Positions 50,851 to 64,000 of a stretch of DNA of 64,000 bases are shown in pieces (position 1 is the first letter of the stretch; the number at the start of each line of letters is the position of its first letter). The stretch is from Euprymna scolopes. Lineage: Eukaryota. The notes under the pieces were generated by a model. It searched no databases. It was not told where the DNA came from and was given only the letters and a program-made list of their open reading frames with translations. The position numbers were made by a program, and so were the translations under genes. The DNA lies in the NCBI GenBank assembly GCA_053919585.1, contig CM132791.1, one strand, 5' to 3'.

Positions 50851-52225
50851 GAACATGGAAGAAAAAACAAACTAACCCAACTTTTTTCACCAAACACCTG
50901 TTTTTAGAAATGGCTGCAAAATAACTTTTGTTTAATATTGAATTCTGGGCAACGCCGGAATTATTGCTAGTTGTGCACACACGCATATGGAGCTGGACGC
51001 ATACACGCAAATATTGTGGAAATCTTTAAACCAAGAAATGTCATCAAAAGTCATAACAATTGAAAGAAGAGTGCAGAAGCTTTGAAATCAATATACTTCA
51101 ATTGACAAGTTTTGAAAACATTCATATTGAAATTTAGCCTGGGACGAATTTAATAAGGGCCAGTGGAATGCGGCATGGAATAATGAAATTCCTATCTAAA
51201 GTTTTTGTTAATAAAAATAAATGCCAGCCAAGGAAGAAGTCAATTAGAGAGAAGGGCACCGAGACGACCAGTTGTCATTTTCTGTCACGCACAACACCCC
51301 AACACGCCCCATCTCTCTAACTACCTATCTATCTATCTATCTCCATAGCACATTGAGAAAGAATTGAAACTCTATTTAAATATTGGTATCTCTCGTATAA
51401 AATATAAAATTTCGTATTTCTCTAATGTTTCACATGATAAACTCCGTTCATGTTGTAGGTAGCACTTGTTATCTGATGACCCTTCCATTCTCTTAATGCT
51501 TCATTTATTACCACTTTATACGCTTGCAAGCCAGTTTATATAAGCAGGGAGATCCAACGTTGCCCGGGATTGAATGGAGATCAATGAATGCTCCACAAAT
51601 ACAAATCAACACAAATCGTGATAAAGAACTAAGATGCTGATTATGTGACAAATTCTGGGAGTTGAACTCGCTTATGGTCTAAAAAGGTAAAGATAGTAAA
51701 TATTAATGAATCTTAAAGTTTTATTTACAATTATTTCATATTTTATTCCGATAAATATGCGATTTTCCGTTTATATCATACACACACACGGTAGTGTTTA
51801 AATATATGGTTAAGTGGCACTTTTAGTCATTTAGAGCCGCATTAAAACTTCACCGCTCACACATTTTTCGACCAAATTTCAAACAATTATTGCAGTTTAT
51901 AGATTACCTTCTCAGCTATATTGTGCAAAAAATTCAATTTTCGTTCAGTAAAACAAAAGTTATGATCAATTTTCTCGTGTTTAAAATTGTAAAAACATGT
52001 AAGGTGGTGAGCGACTCTTTTTTATGGCCGGTTTCCATAACAACCACGTCGCTTCAGCGACTACTGTTGCTACTAATTTACTAATGAAAGCATGAATTAT
52101 TGAAAGCAGACGAGTGCTGTACATTGTTATTACATATGTGTTTATGGGGACAAAAAATAAAACTGAAATTCAACAATTAACACATTAATTTATTGGAAGC
52201 CTGGAAAAATCATGGATTAAAATAG

Positions 52226-52552
52226 GAAAATGCGAGCATGAAAAGTAATATAATTAAGCTTTAATATGGAAAAGTAAAGGACTAGTTGTTAAAAATGGAA
52301 AAGAAAAGGAATATATATCTTAGTAAAAATATAAATTTATAATTTAAAATATTGCACCATTAAGAGTTTTTTTTTTTTAAATTCAATTTATGACATTATA
52401 TAACCAATACCTAAAGCTTAATTATTTTAAGTTATAAATTTATTATATTTTTTACAAGAATATCTCGTCCTTTTCTTTTCCAGTTTTAACAACTAGTCCT
52501 TTACTTTTCCATATTTAAGCTTAACCATATTACTTTTCATGCTCGCATTTTT
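52226..52552. repeat. Inverted repeat, ~130-bp arms (52226-52352 / 52423-52552)
   Basis: atgcgagcatgaaaagtaatat..atatggaaaagtaaaggactagttgttaaaa versus ttttaacaactagtcctttacttttccatat..atattacttttcatgctcgcat; part of the arm also occurs at 41100-41230. Confidence 0.85.
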
Positions 52553-53060
52553 CTATTGCAATACAGTAATCATTCACTTTTTAAGTATCGACGTTACGTT
52601 AATGCATAAAACACACACGCTCGTGCATAAAGTTGTCTCATTATTTTAGTTATACGAATGTTCCACCAGTAGATTTACATTGCATCCTTTACATTTGCTG
52701 TCGTTTCCTTAATTCATCTATTATTCATTTTTTTCATCTGTCTTTTGTTTCTTTACTCGTCCGTTTTTTTTTAGTCTTCGTTCTTCCACCCATGTCTTGT
52801 TTATTTTATTCTTTAGATGTTCTTGCTTTCAAATAGGTGGCTAATGATCCTCAAACATCAATTAAATTTCATAAGAAATAAAAAGAGATGTCACTATTTA
52901 AACTGCGTGTATAGCAATGAATGTCTTTTGCCTTTGCAAACGAACAGGCAGTCGGACAAACATGTGGACATGTTGCGTGTATATCACATCATCACATGTG
53001 CGTAATCACGTCTTGTTCGTGCGAAGTGTTTCCCGACTGAGGTAAACAAGAACTAGTCCT

Positions 53061-53738
53061 GGTGCTACCAGATCAGGCTGCCTATTGGCTTTCTGAGATG
53101 AAATGCACCTACATCGATTTATGTTTTTGTTTTCTATTCTATTTTGTAAAACTTAATTATGTTCTGCAAAAACAAAACAAAATCAACAGCCCCTTCCCCT
53201 CCCCCCCCTTTTTTTTTCCTTTTTCCTTCCCTACTACCCGGTCCTGGATATGACCTTAAACTATATCTGATGCTGAAGCCGCAGTTTGCGGGCTTTCGGG
53301 AGCGTGGAGCCACCCTTTAATTGACATTGCTGCACGGTCCACTCTGACCCGGAGTGGAAGTACCTGTTAGGGTCCCAACTATGGATTAAATAGAAAGAAA
53401 AAATACATTCTATTAAAAAATTATTCTTCAAAATCTGATCAGATTCCACTTGACCCAGTTGTCGTGGATATGACCTTAAACTATATCCGATGGTGAGGCC
53501 CCAGCTTGCGGGCTTTTGAGGACTGTGGAGCCACCCCTTAATTGCCATTGCTCCCAGGTCCATTCTGACCCAAAGTGGTAGTACCTGTTAGGGTCCCAAC
53601 TATGGGTTAAATATAAACTTTTTTGAAAAAAAAAAATTCTATTAAAAACTTTTTCTTCAAAATCACTGGATCCGGCATTAAATAACCTGAAACGGGTTGA
53701 TATGCCGTAAAACAAAAACAACCAACCAACCAACCGAC
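53061..53738 (+). mobile_element. Dimeric SINE-like retroposon with perfect 14-bp TSD and (AACC)n tail
   Basis: CAAGAACTAGTCCT at 53047-53060 and 53739-53752; two ~220-bp units starting ggatatgaccttaaactatatc (about 53246 and 53466). Confidence 0.88.
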
Positions 53739-55529
53739 CAAGAACTAGTCCTCAGAAAAAGAGTTTAGTTAAACAAACTGGTTTATAAGAAGGAATCCAA
53801 CAGAAAAAAAATGACCTTTCAGGATCATGAAGTCATATTTTGCTTCGGTTATGACGGTTTGAGTTAAATGACGAAAAAAAGATAAGATAAGAATGTTTCA
53901 AAGCGCACGTTGTATTTAGGATGTAATTAAAATTATTTTCCTGTTTGGATTGTAATGGCGAAATGATTCGTTGGCGAGAAAAATCGAAATGTTCGTGAAG
54001 ATAGTAGTCCGTTGGTATCGTCGAAGCTTTTAACGGACATCGTTGTTCAAAGATACGCTTCGTAATAAAAAAAAATGTGAAAAAGCGAATGAAATGTCTA
54101 TATTTTTTATATGTGCGTTAATATAAATAAAACGTATTGTTCTGTTTTATTATTATCATTATAATTATTTAGGCTGCGACGAAAAAAGATTTGTTCTTTC
54201 GAGGGTGGTTTGTTTACATTTAGTTGTCCACGAGTAGTAAAAATAAAGATGGCGGACAATAGATAATTGACGTACGTGTGTTGGACGTAAAGGTTGAAAA
54301 TGCAAAGAAAAAGTGTGTTTCTCCTATTTGTTTTAAATTGCAGTTTTATTTTTTATTTATTTGTTTTTTTTTATATTTCGCTGATTATTTAACGCTATAT
54401 CGGTTTGTTTCATTTGTGACAGTGAGAACGTTTTAAAATGTTTTTAGAACGTAGATTGTTAAGCTTTTATGCGAAATGTTCGTTAGGTCACCATTCTTGA
54501 AAAAAATCACGTTGGGGTCACCATTGTGTGGAGGGGACAGGATGGTCTGCTTGTGTTATTGACGACCCCGTCCCCAATATATGGGTGAATGTATTGGATG
54601 GTAGAAGGATTGAAAAGCAAAAGGTCGCATAATGATGACGAAAACACACTGGTATATATCAGCGAAAGAATGAAGATTTATTTACATGAGAAATATTAAA
54701 AATATAGACAGAAAGAATGAGAGTTCGTTGAGAATAAAAGTTCGTCACTTGCGATTGATAACTGCGAGAGGCTGACGGTTAGTCAGGAGCGCTGTTGGTG
54801 GCTGATACCACCGGAGCGGTTTCTGTTACATCTTGACTGGGCGAGCGTTCAGCGGAAAATAGAGAGAAATTTGAGAAACGGGAAGTAACGTGGCTATGTC
54901 ACTCTCCGATTATCGGAGTTAAAGGGCGACAATCGAGTTAGCCTGTGAATTTCCATTCCCACATGCTGCTAGTTGATATTCGTTTCTGTCCACCTGATTT
55001 TTGCTACTATGTAAGAATGTGCGCTACATGAAGCAGGCTTGTATATGAGTCATGAAAGTGTTCCTTTTCTCCCCTCCTTCCTCCGATCAAAGGAATGAGA
55101 GGGGTAATGATCATACGTTCTTTGGTTCTTCGGTGTGGGTCCGTCCGATTGGAGAATTCTGTTAAATCTGAATGTTTTGACCAAATCATTCTTTTACAGA
55201 CTTGGTTAATTTAACATAGGATTGCAATATTTTGCATTTTAAACGATGTTCATTACTTGAAAAGATTTTGAGTTAACAGGTTCATGTGAACACTAACTTG
55301 CTTTTGATAGTGAAGTATAGAGCGAATATCAATGAACCAGAAAATAAAAGAAGGTAGCGTTTAGACGTATTTGCTTTATGAGTTCGTGAGAACCGTGTCA
55401 CTATTTCACTATGAGCATATCTTAAACAGTTTTACAATTTTTGAGATAATGATTGATGAGTTGTATTATTTGTAATTCTTTTTATGACGGTTATCGTCTT
55501 ACAAATGTTTGGCTGATATGCTCTCCGAT

Positions 55530-55732
55530 TTTTTTTACACAGGAATCATCATTTATCAAGTCTCTGAGGCCACTAGCGGATAAGGGTTAATGGGTATACA
55601 TTCGTCAATGTGATTATAGCGTAGTAAACATAAGTAGTGGAATTTTGTAAATTGGATTACTTAGGGGGACGGTTCATCAAGAACTTGTTTATGTTGGACT
55701 TGAAAACAATCGGATTGTAGTCAGCTGGAAAG
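55530..55732 (-). mobile_element. CR1-clade LINE 3'-end fragment
   Basis: tttttttacac..ttatcaag..ggataagggttaa..ttacttaggggg..ttggacttgaa matches the reverse 3'UTR of the 42550 family. Confidence 0.8.
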
Positions 55733-56019
55733 TCAGAGATTTCTTAATTATATTTTAGTATCATCTGAACTAAAACTTAGACGTTAAATCTCCAAGAGTT
55801 TGTTATTTGGAATTAACAATTTCATAGCAATTTATTCATTGCGCCATGGATCCATGAGATAACCCGAATAATAAATTGTTGCGACTGATGGTACGTATCA
55901 TCGGTTCATTAACCACTCAAAAATGATGATCAAACGAAATATAACATTTTAAACATTTATTTAATGACTTACAGGTTAAATAATAATGTAAAAGTCGCTG
56001 GATGCGTAGTAATTTACAA

Positions 56020-57770
56020 TCTGTGATGAAGACGCATTTTTGGTTACCTCACAAACCATCATGGTGGATGTGCTCTACTCAAGGACGATAACTCTGCCTG
56101 CTTACGTCGAGGGGAAACAACTCGATCTCCATGACTTTCCTTAGCAGACTGACGCCACACTGGATGATCTGAAAATTATCCCTTCTCAGGTGCATGATAT
56201 TATAAAAAAGCCTAGACACCTCAAAAGCATATGGACCCGACCTCATCCCGGCTGTGCCATTAAAAAAATGTCCCGCCGAAGTTGCTCCACTCCTCTCCAA
56301 ATTTTATAACGAATGACTTAACAAATCTTGCTTTCCTGACTGCTGGAGAACTGCTTCTGTGGTACCAGTTTACAAGAATTCTGGCGAAAGAACTGACCCG
56401 TTAAAATATTGACCCGTTAGCCTCCTCCCGCTTTTCGTCAAAATATTTGAGTCCATAATTAATCAATCACCTTACAGTTGCTAAACTTCTGACCAACCAA
56501 CAATTTGGATTTAGGCAAGCTCGTTCTACAGCAGATATCCTAACTGTAATCGCCGAACGTATATACTATACACTGGACAAGGCAGGGCAGGGCAGTAGCC
56601 CTAGATATATCTACGGCTTTTGACAGAGTATGGCACGAAGGTCTTCTCAGAAAAATCAGGTTATACTGGACGAATACTAACATAATTAAATCTTTCTTTA
56701 ATAAGAGAAAAACCCAGGTTGTCCTCGACAATTGTACATCTAAACAATATGACATAAATGTGACTGTACCTCAGGGATTTATCCTTGAACCTTTGTTATT
56801 CCTAATATTCATAAATTACCTCCCTGATAAAATTGTCTCTGAGATGGGTATATTTGCTGATGACACCACGATCTTCTTTAACAGGCACGAGGGGAAAACA
56901 AATGTACACATATCTAAGGAAATGGCAGAAACACTAAGGGGGGACTTCCAGTAGTGGAATGGAGACATAAATAGATTGGTCACATTCAATGATGCCAAAA
57001 CTAAACTTGTTTCCTTCATAAATTACAAGCAACCTTCTCAACCACCAATAGCCATCGCTAAAGATACATTACCTGTAACTACTTCTTCCAAACTCCTCGG
57101 CTTAACGTTCACAGGGAACATGAGTTGGAACAGATACACTGAGAGCATTGCTAGGGTCGCTGCGAGGAAGGTGGCCTTTCTTTACCGAAAGTTACTTACG
57201 CCTGAAAGTATCCTGTACATTTACAAGACCACCATTCGCCCATGTATAGAGTATTGTTTTCACATTTGGGTTGATGCATCTGTTACTAGTCTCTCACTCA
57301 TGGACAGTGTTTAAAAGAGAGTCGCCAACCAGATAAGTCCTGAACTGTCATCCAAGCTTCAACCACTGTCACATCGACGAAATACTGCATCCCTCTGCCT
57401 GTTTTACAAGTATTGTAATGGTGGATGCTCTGACGAACTACAAGCCTTTATATCCCCTCGACGTAAATACCCCCAACAATATCGACAAGCCGCCAAGTCC
57501 CAATCCTACACAGTAGAGATCACTAGATGTAAGAAGGCCTTCTAATCTAATAGTTTCTTTCCCAGAACTGCTAGACGCTGGAATTCTCTTCCAGATTCAT
57601 GTTTTCCAAACAGTACTAACATGCAGAAGTTTAAGTGTAAAGTAAATATACATCTTACTGTTCGACTCCCTACATAATATCTCTGCAGCTACTGTCCCCG
57701 ATAGTAGCCCCCCTACATGAAAGTGGCAATGTGCCTTGTTTAGGTCGAAAATAGATTAATAAAATAAAAT
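56020..57770 (+). mobile_element. CR1-clade LINE, decayed RT region and 3' end
   Basis: KAYGPDLIP, QFGFRQARST, ALDISTAFDRVWHEGLL, VPQGFILEPLLFLIFIN, FADD, VTFNDAKT, IRPCIEYC, LSHRR. Confidence 0.93.
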
Positions 57771-58882
57771 ATTATTATTTAAATAGATAAATTATTCATT
57801 ATGAAGAAGATTATATTTTCCAAATTAATCAGCTATGGCCGATTATCTTTCTGGAAAAACGGAATTCTTTGTAAATGATTTAGTCATTATGTTTTAATTG
57901 TATTTTTCATGGAGTAATTCATACAAGTATCTGATTGATTTTCCAGATTTTATTATATAATTAAGAACAATTTTGTGAATAATTATTTTTAGTAAGATTT
58001 ATATTTCACGGACTTTGTATCAACTTTCTTGAAGTGAAACCGCAAGGTAATGGAAGCCTATTCTAGAGATTTGTGGAAGCGTATGCTTAGGTCATTTGTT
58101 ATTTCTAACTAAAGTATTATATGAGAACGAAAATGCTATTTCAAACTTAACTGTGACAAGCAGAAAAAATAAGAGAGTGACGCACCAACTTATAAAAATA
58201 TGCAATATATATCAGATAAAATAGAAAAGCGAGTGATGGACTCACGAAATTAATAGTTATATATATATACATGGCAGTGTTCAAAATATTATTTCAAACT
58301 AAAGTATTTTATAAAACAGAAAATGTAATTTCAAATTTTGGTGATGGGTTTACCGACAGGTAGAACCTCTTACAGGGACACGTGCTTGTATCTAAAACAC
58401 TGTTATAAATAACATGATTAAAAACAAGAGATGGAACAGACAGACGATAAGAAAAAGCTAAAAGAAGCAAAATCAAAAACAAAAAATAGAAAAAAAAACG
58501 AACAAAACGAATAAATCGAGAAGTTAATTAGATCGAAAATGAGATGGCGTAACACAAAGGAATCAAAAATGGTAATCGTTCCTGATTGGTGCCGGTGATG
58601 AAAGAGATAAAAGTGATTATGACTTTGTCATTGAATAATTATGACCGGTAAAGGCCGGCATCTTTGGAAAGTAACATGAAAAAGCAAACAGGTCTGACAA
58701 CTCCAAGAAAAAAGGAGAATTATATTCTTTGATTTGGCGGATCAAAGACGCGGTGTCTATTATCCTTTTCTTTTATATTGACTACATTGAATAAAAGAAA
58801 GGAATGTTCAGTTATAATCATCATCTTTCCCATCAGCATCTTCATCAATGCCACAGATGCTTAAATTTTTTCTGATCTATTT

Positions 58883-58950
<68 letters not shown>

Positions 58951-59184
58951 AATAATGCTTCTTTATACCTTTACTTCAGAACCATCACACAATTGCTGCG
59001 GGAAGCAAAAGCTATTAAGAACTACTAAATACCGAATTAAGCAATCTAGAGTGTTCGAACGAGCAGATGCCGTAAACATTGCATAAACGTTAGCTGAAAG
59101 CCTTTTAGAGATGATTCCACAGACAGTGCCCATCCTTAAGTATTCTTAGAAGGGCTATATAATTATAATTAAGCAATAATTAAT

Positions 59185-59240
<56 letters not shown>

Positions 59241-60968
59241 TCAGTCGAAGCAAATTCTGCAATTCAGTAACGGACTACTCTCTACCCGATCTTCTACTGA
59301 AACCGACGAATGCGAACAATTTCTAATAACATCCGCATCAATGATGAACCATCATCTTTACAGACAATGCCTTAGCCTAACGACAGAAGTGAAGGAGAAT
59401 CTGCTCTCAGCGATGCCTATTTGATAAGATATCAAGAGGAATTTAGACCAGCTGTAGACCAGAACATTCTGGATTTTCCCATCCTTCTGTTGACAAGAGA
59501 AACTATCATTCTAAAACAACCCCTCTTTGCTCAGGTGTGATACTATAGTGGCCCGGAGAGTCACTCGGATTTCTGCCTGACTGATTCGATGCTATGTATA
59601 GTTCAATGCCACAGGGGTCAATTACATTGCTACTAGCTGCTCTATCAGCAGTTCGCCTAGCCTGTGCCAAAATCTATAGAGCTATGTTACTAACGCAGTT
59701 TTGTCAGGAACACTATAGATTCTCTCGGCAACCCGAAAAACAACGAAAAATCGCTGCAAACAATGAAAAATATTTTTTGGAACGCAGGTGCATAATAATA
59801 ATTATATGTTGTACTTGTTTTATTGAAAATTAATAAGGCGTTGAACAATTTGGTTCGAATTTGGAAATTCTGTTTTTGATCAACCACCGATCCGATTCTT
59901 CTCGTAGTCTGTGTGCATCTCACTGAACTGGTCGACAATGTGGATAATTCTCCAATGACCAGTTCTTTTACTGGGAACTGTTACGCGAGACAGGGTTTGT
60001 GGTTTGCAATAGAGACGGAATTCGTATCGGGTTTTCTGCTTTTTTCGTGGTCGATAGAACAATCAAAATCTTTTCTTTTTTGTTTTACAAAAATAAATGT
60101 GAACCCTAATTATGAAACTGAAACTTGTTTTTGAAATAACACGTCTTATTAACAATTAATAATATTCATCATAGATTGAATGCGTACTCTCACGAACTTT
60201 TGAAATTTTACAGCATAAAATTGTTTGTCAGAAAATCTTCTTTTTTTTTTTTGCTTGTCCTGACTTAATTCTCGGAATTATAACAAAAAAAAAATTGTAT
60301 CATGACAATAAAAGCTGCGACAAGTCTGTTTACATTGTTGATTTCAATATCAGAAATACAAAAGATTGAATCTAGATCGTTCTTTCAGGTGTCATTTTAA
60401 GTTGGAAATGCTATATTATCGTTGTATTTCTCTATTTATGTATAAAAACACGTTTTTCTTTGTGTATATCTGTGTGAATTCATTTCCCATATATTCCAAA
60501 ACGGTTATTCCGTTTTTTTTTTTAATTTTACACAAATGTACTTTATGTGGATGAGAGTGTTCTTAGAAAGGTTTTGTATCGAAATGACTCCGATGAGTTT
60601 CAATAATCTATAATCGAACAAAAAATACTGATCAAAGAAGGCACGGTCCGATTTTAACAAAAGTTATCACCCTTATTCATGACACTGTATTTTTGCATTT
60701 TAAAACCATTACATGAAATCATTTTATAAAATAAAAAGTTGATTCTCTACAGTGCAGTGTATACTATGATGTATTGCAAACTAAGTTACTGCAGAGATAC
60801 CCCTCTCGGTGCAATGCGGCGGTTCCTCTACTACAGTAGCTAATCAACAGATTTCAATGAAAACGAAAGTATTGGAAATTTGGTAGTTTACAATAAAAAT
60901 ACTTTTCAGTTAAATTGTCATGCGAATAATACAATTTTTACATCAGTTACAAAACTATTTTGGGGGTA

Positions 60969-61780
60969 AAGCATCAATTTTTCGGCCCAATTAAATTCAG
61001 ATAATTTATTAAAAAATAATATTTCGCTATAAAATTCTTATTTATACTATTTTGCGTGTCAAGCATCAGTTTTTTGGCCTAATTAAATTCAGTTAATTTA
61101 TTTAAAAAACAATATTTCGCTATACAATTCTTATTTATATTATTTTGCGTGTTACGCATCAATTTTTCGGCCCAATTAAATTCAGATAATTTATTAAAAA
61201 AATAATATTTCGCTACACAATTCTTATTTATACTATTTTGCGTATTAAACATCAATTTTTCGGCACAATTAAAATCAGATAATTTATTAAAAAAATAATA
61301 TTTCGCTATCAATTCTAATTTATACTATTTTACATGTTAAGCATCAATTTCTCGGCCCAATTAAATTCAGATAATTTATTAAAACATGATATTTCACTAT
61401 ACAATTCTTATTTATACTTTTTTGCATGTTAAGCATCAATTTTTTGGTCCAATTAAATTCAGTTAATTTATTACAACATAATATTTCGCTATACAATTCT
61501 TATTTATATTATTTTGCGTGTTAGCGTCAATTTTTTCGGCCCAATTAAATTCAGTTAATTTATCAAAACATAATATTGCGCTATACAATTCTTATTTATA
61601 CTATTTTGCATGTTAAGCATCAATTTTCTCAGCCTAATTAAATTCAGATAATTTATCAAAAAATAATATTTCGCTATACAATTTTTTCTTATTTATACTA
61701 TTTTCCGTGTTAAATATCAATTTTTTCGGCCCAATTAAATTCAGTTAATTTATTAAAAAATAATATTTCGCTATACAATT
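60969..61780 (+). repeat. Satellite-like tandem array, ~92-93 bp unit, about 9 copies
   Basis: ggcccaattaaattcag recurs at about 60985, 61076, 61169, 61262, 61354, 61446, 61538, 61631 and 61728, with conserved intervening sequence. Confidence 0.95.
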
Positions 61781-62174
61781 TCCTCATTTTTCCATTTTCT
61801 TCTATCACCTATACCGTAATTTGATTCATGGACAAATGGCACAATTTATCAGTATACGCAAGATTACATAATGAATAATATCGTTTTTTTTCTGAAAAGC
61901 ATAAACTTTAATCATTTTATTTACAATCAAAAACCTGTTTTCTTCAAAGTAAACAGTTTATCGTCGCAGAAAAGGACGTATTTTAGTGACTTTCTCTCGA
62001 TTCAATTTGTGTGGCTTGTGAGTGACATTTACATCTGCCTTCTGGACAAATCTGTGCGTATGCATTAATTTATTTAAAAGTCTTCATGCGTGCTAATTCT
62101 TTTTATTTTAATTTTAGTTTTTTTTGGGGGGGTATATTGGGAACAATTTTTATTTGAAAATAATTGGTTATAAG

Positions 62175-62353
62175 TAGGGCTAGGACAAAAAAGTGTTTGT
62201 TTCATTGTTTTGACTCTCGAGTATATATCCGTTGATATCTTATATGCTTTTATATAGAGTGATGTGGTTCTCGGTTGATTTATTGTTTAATTGTGTCTGA
62301 TATGTACTCGAGAGTCAAAACAATGATAAGAATATTCTGTTGTCATAACTCTA
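62175..62353. mobile_element. hAT-like MITE
   Basis: TIRs tagggctaggaca / tgtcataactcta; inner IR ttttgactctcgagta / tactcgagagtcaaaa; imperfect 8-bp TSD gttataag/gttattaa. Confidence 0.75.
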
Positions 62354-63408
62354 GTTATTAACGAGCAGAATTGTTTATTTTAAGTCCCTCCCACACACAG
62401 AAAATTCAGTGACAAATTCAGTGGAAGAGTCACAGCCTCCTCGGATCTTATGTGGCTTATAAAAGTCTGCGGAGTGGAAAAGTCTGCGGAGTGGTTAAAA
62501 TAATTACATTTGTGTATTTCATTTGTAACCTATCCTTATTGTCTACGCTATGCATTAATTTCGACAAATTGTCATATCTTTGCAGTTCATCCCAATTCTT
62601 ATTGTTCGTCAGAGGAATTTCAGCATCTACCACTAGTTTCATTTCTTTAGTTGAATTTGAAATGATACCAATTCGTCTCTTTAGTAAAAGTTAATTTTAC
62701 AGAGAAATGAGCTGCGATGTACAGATGCATAGAATCAAGTCAACTATTTTTATCAAGGGGACATCAATGGTACAATGGTATCACAACTCCCTTCCTTAAT
62801 TTTTACTAGTTAGAATGAACTTTTAGTTTTCTGTTTTGTTTTATGGAAAACGCTGCAGATGCCACTTCATGTAAAGAGCTGAAAAAATATTACTTCAAGA
62901 TCAAAAACGAGCCAATGATAAGTGTCATATGGACAGATTTCGACCCAGAAAACAGTAATTATTTCCCTTTGTCAGAAATATCGCTTATGGACTGTAAGGA
63001 GTAAAGGACAAAATAAGGGAAACTAGATATGCAGTATGTTCTTTTTAACCAATCTACAACAAATACCATATCCAGATTTGAGTCTTAATCAGTATATAGT
63101 CTCTACGAATATTTTTCCAGCTTAAAGGGTAAGTGTACCATGCTATTAATGTATTTTTCTTCCCGATAGCTAATGTATTTGATAAATATAATTTAGTCAT
63201 CCCTTCTGTAGTAATCTTTAGTTCTTAAAATAATACAATTTTAAGGAGTAACAATTGTGATCGAGTAAGTACGTCTAATCATTACGTTACTAATCAAGCT
63301 CATAATTGTGTACTAGGCTTTAAATAATGTTAGTTGCATTGGATGGATTTTTATGGTGGCAGTTTTGTTTTTTTTCGTTTTCTCGGATAATCATCAACAA
63401 TCCTGTAA

Positions 63409-64000
63409 TTTTTTTACATAGGCAAAACCACTTATCAAGGTCAGAGACCACTTGAGGATAAGGGTTAAGAGTGTATAGTAGTCAATTGGACAATATAGTA
63501 ATCGTTAGTAATGGAAATTCGGTAAATTTGTTAACTTAAATGGAATGGGTGATCAATAACTTGTTTACGTTAGACTTGAAGACAGCCATATTGTAGTCAG
63601 CTGGAAAGCAGGAAAACGGAAGACAATTCCACAGGCGTGCAGTTCTAAGAAAGAAGCTTTGTTCATGGAATCAACGTTTAGGTTTGGGCACAGATAAAGA
63701 GTCTGGATGGGGAATTATTGATAGTGTTTTCAGCTAGACGAATGTTTCTTGTGAAAGTTTGGCGAGGGGGCACCATAGATTCAAGCTCAGTTGAGCACTT
63801 GCCATGAAAATAACGATAAAGCAGAGACAAACTCGCAACATCTCTTCTGTAAGATAGAGGTTACAGGGAAGAGAAAAGGACATCCCTTACGAGGCTACGA
63901 ATTCTATTTTGAACTCTATAAAGGAAAGACGTTCTTTTCTAGCAGCTCCTCTCCAGATGTGGCAACAGTACTCCATCCTAGGACGTACCTGGCTCTTATA
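63409..64000 (-). mobile_element. CR1-clade LINE 3' fragment running off the window
   Basis: ttccacaggcgtgcagttctaagaaagaagctttgttcatggaatc is identical to the 35107 region; poly-T at about 63409. Confidence 0.9.

Noticed and set aside
54527-54963. LTR-like segment TGTGG...CCACA
   Set aside because: No matching target-site duplication found.
63110-63134. ttttccag|cttaaagg|gtaagt microexon
   Set aside because: 8-nt, frame-shifting, weak polypyrimidine tract, and no supporting gene model.

Overview
AT-rich, repeat-saturated eukaryotic (animal) genomic DNA with many (TA)n/(GA)n/(ATGT)n microsatellites and five short N gaps. No host protein-coding gene could be supported. Several SINE-like repeats resemble abundant cephalopod repeats as I recall them (not verified). 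The window is a mosaic of decayed mobile elements: two mariner copies, three other Tc1/mariner remnants, about nine CR1-clade (Zenon-like) LINE fragments, one RTE LINE, non-autonomous Helitron-like elements, two solo LTRs with TSDs, hAT-like MITEs, 5S-rRNA-derived and tRNA-derived SINEs, and three tandem arrays. The most striking signal is a dense set of minimal type I hammerhead ribozyme motifs (CUGANGA-stem II-GAAA-palindromic stem III) from about eight unrelated sequence families. Most sit in short cassettes that end in or are flanked by (TA)n. Several are arranged as head-to-head palindromes or a tandem ~313-nt unit, and one is attached to a Penelope-like GIY-YIG endonuclease ORF. This suggests a diverse set of Penelope-dependent, microsatellite-associated, self-cleaving non-autonomous elements, possibly including a tRNA-headed SINE with hammerhead-type ends.
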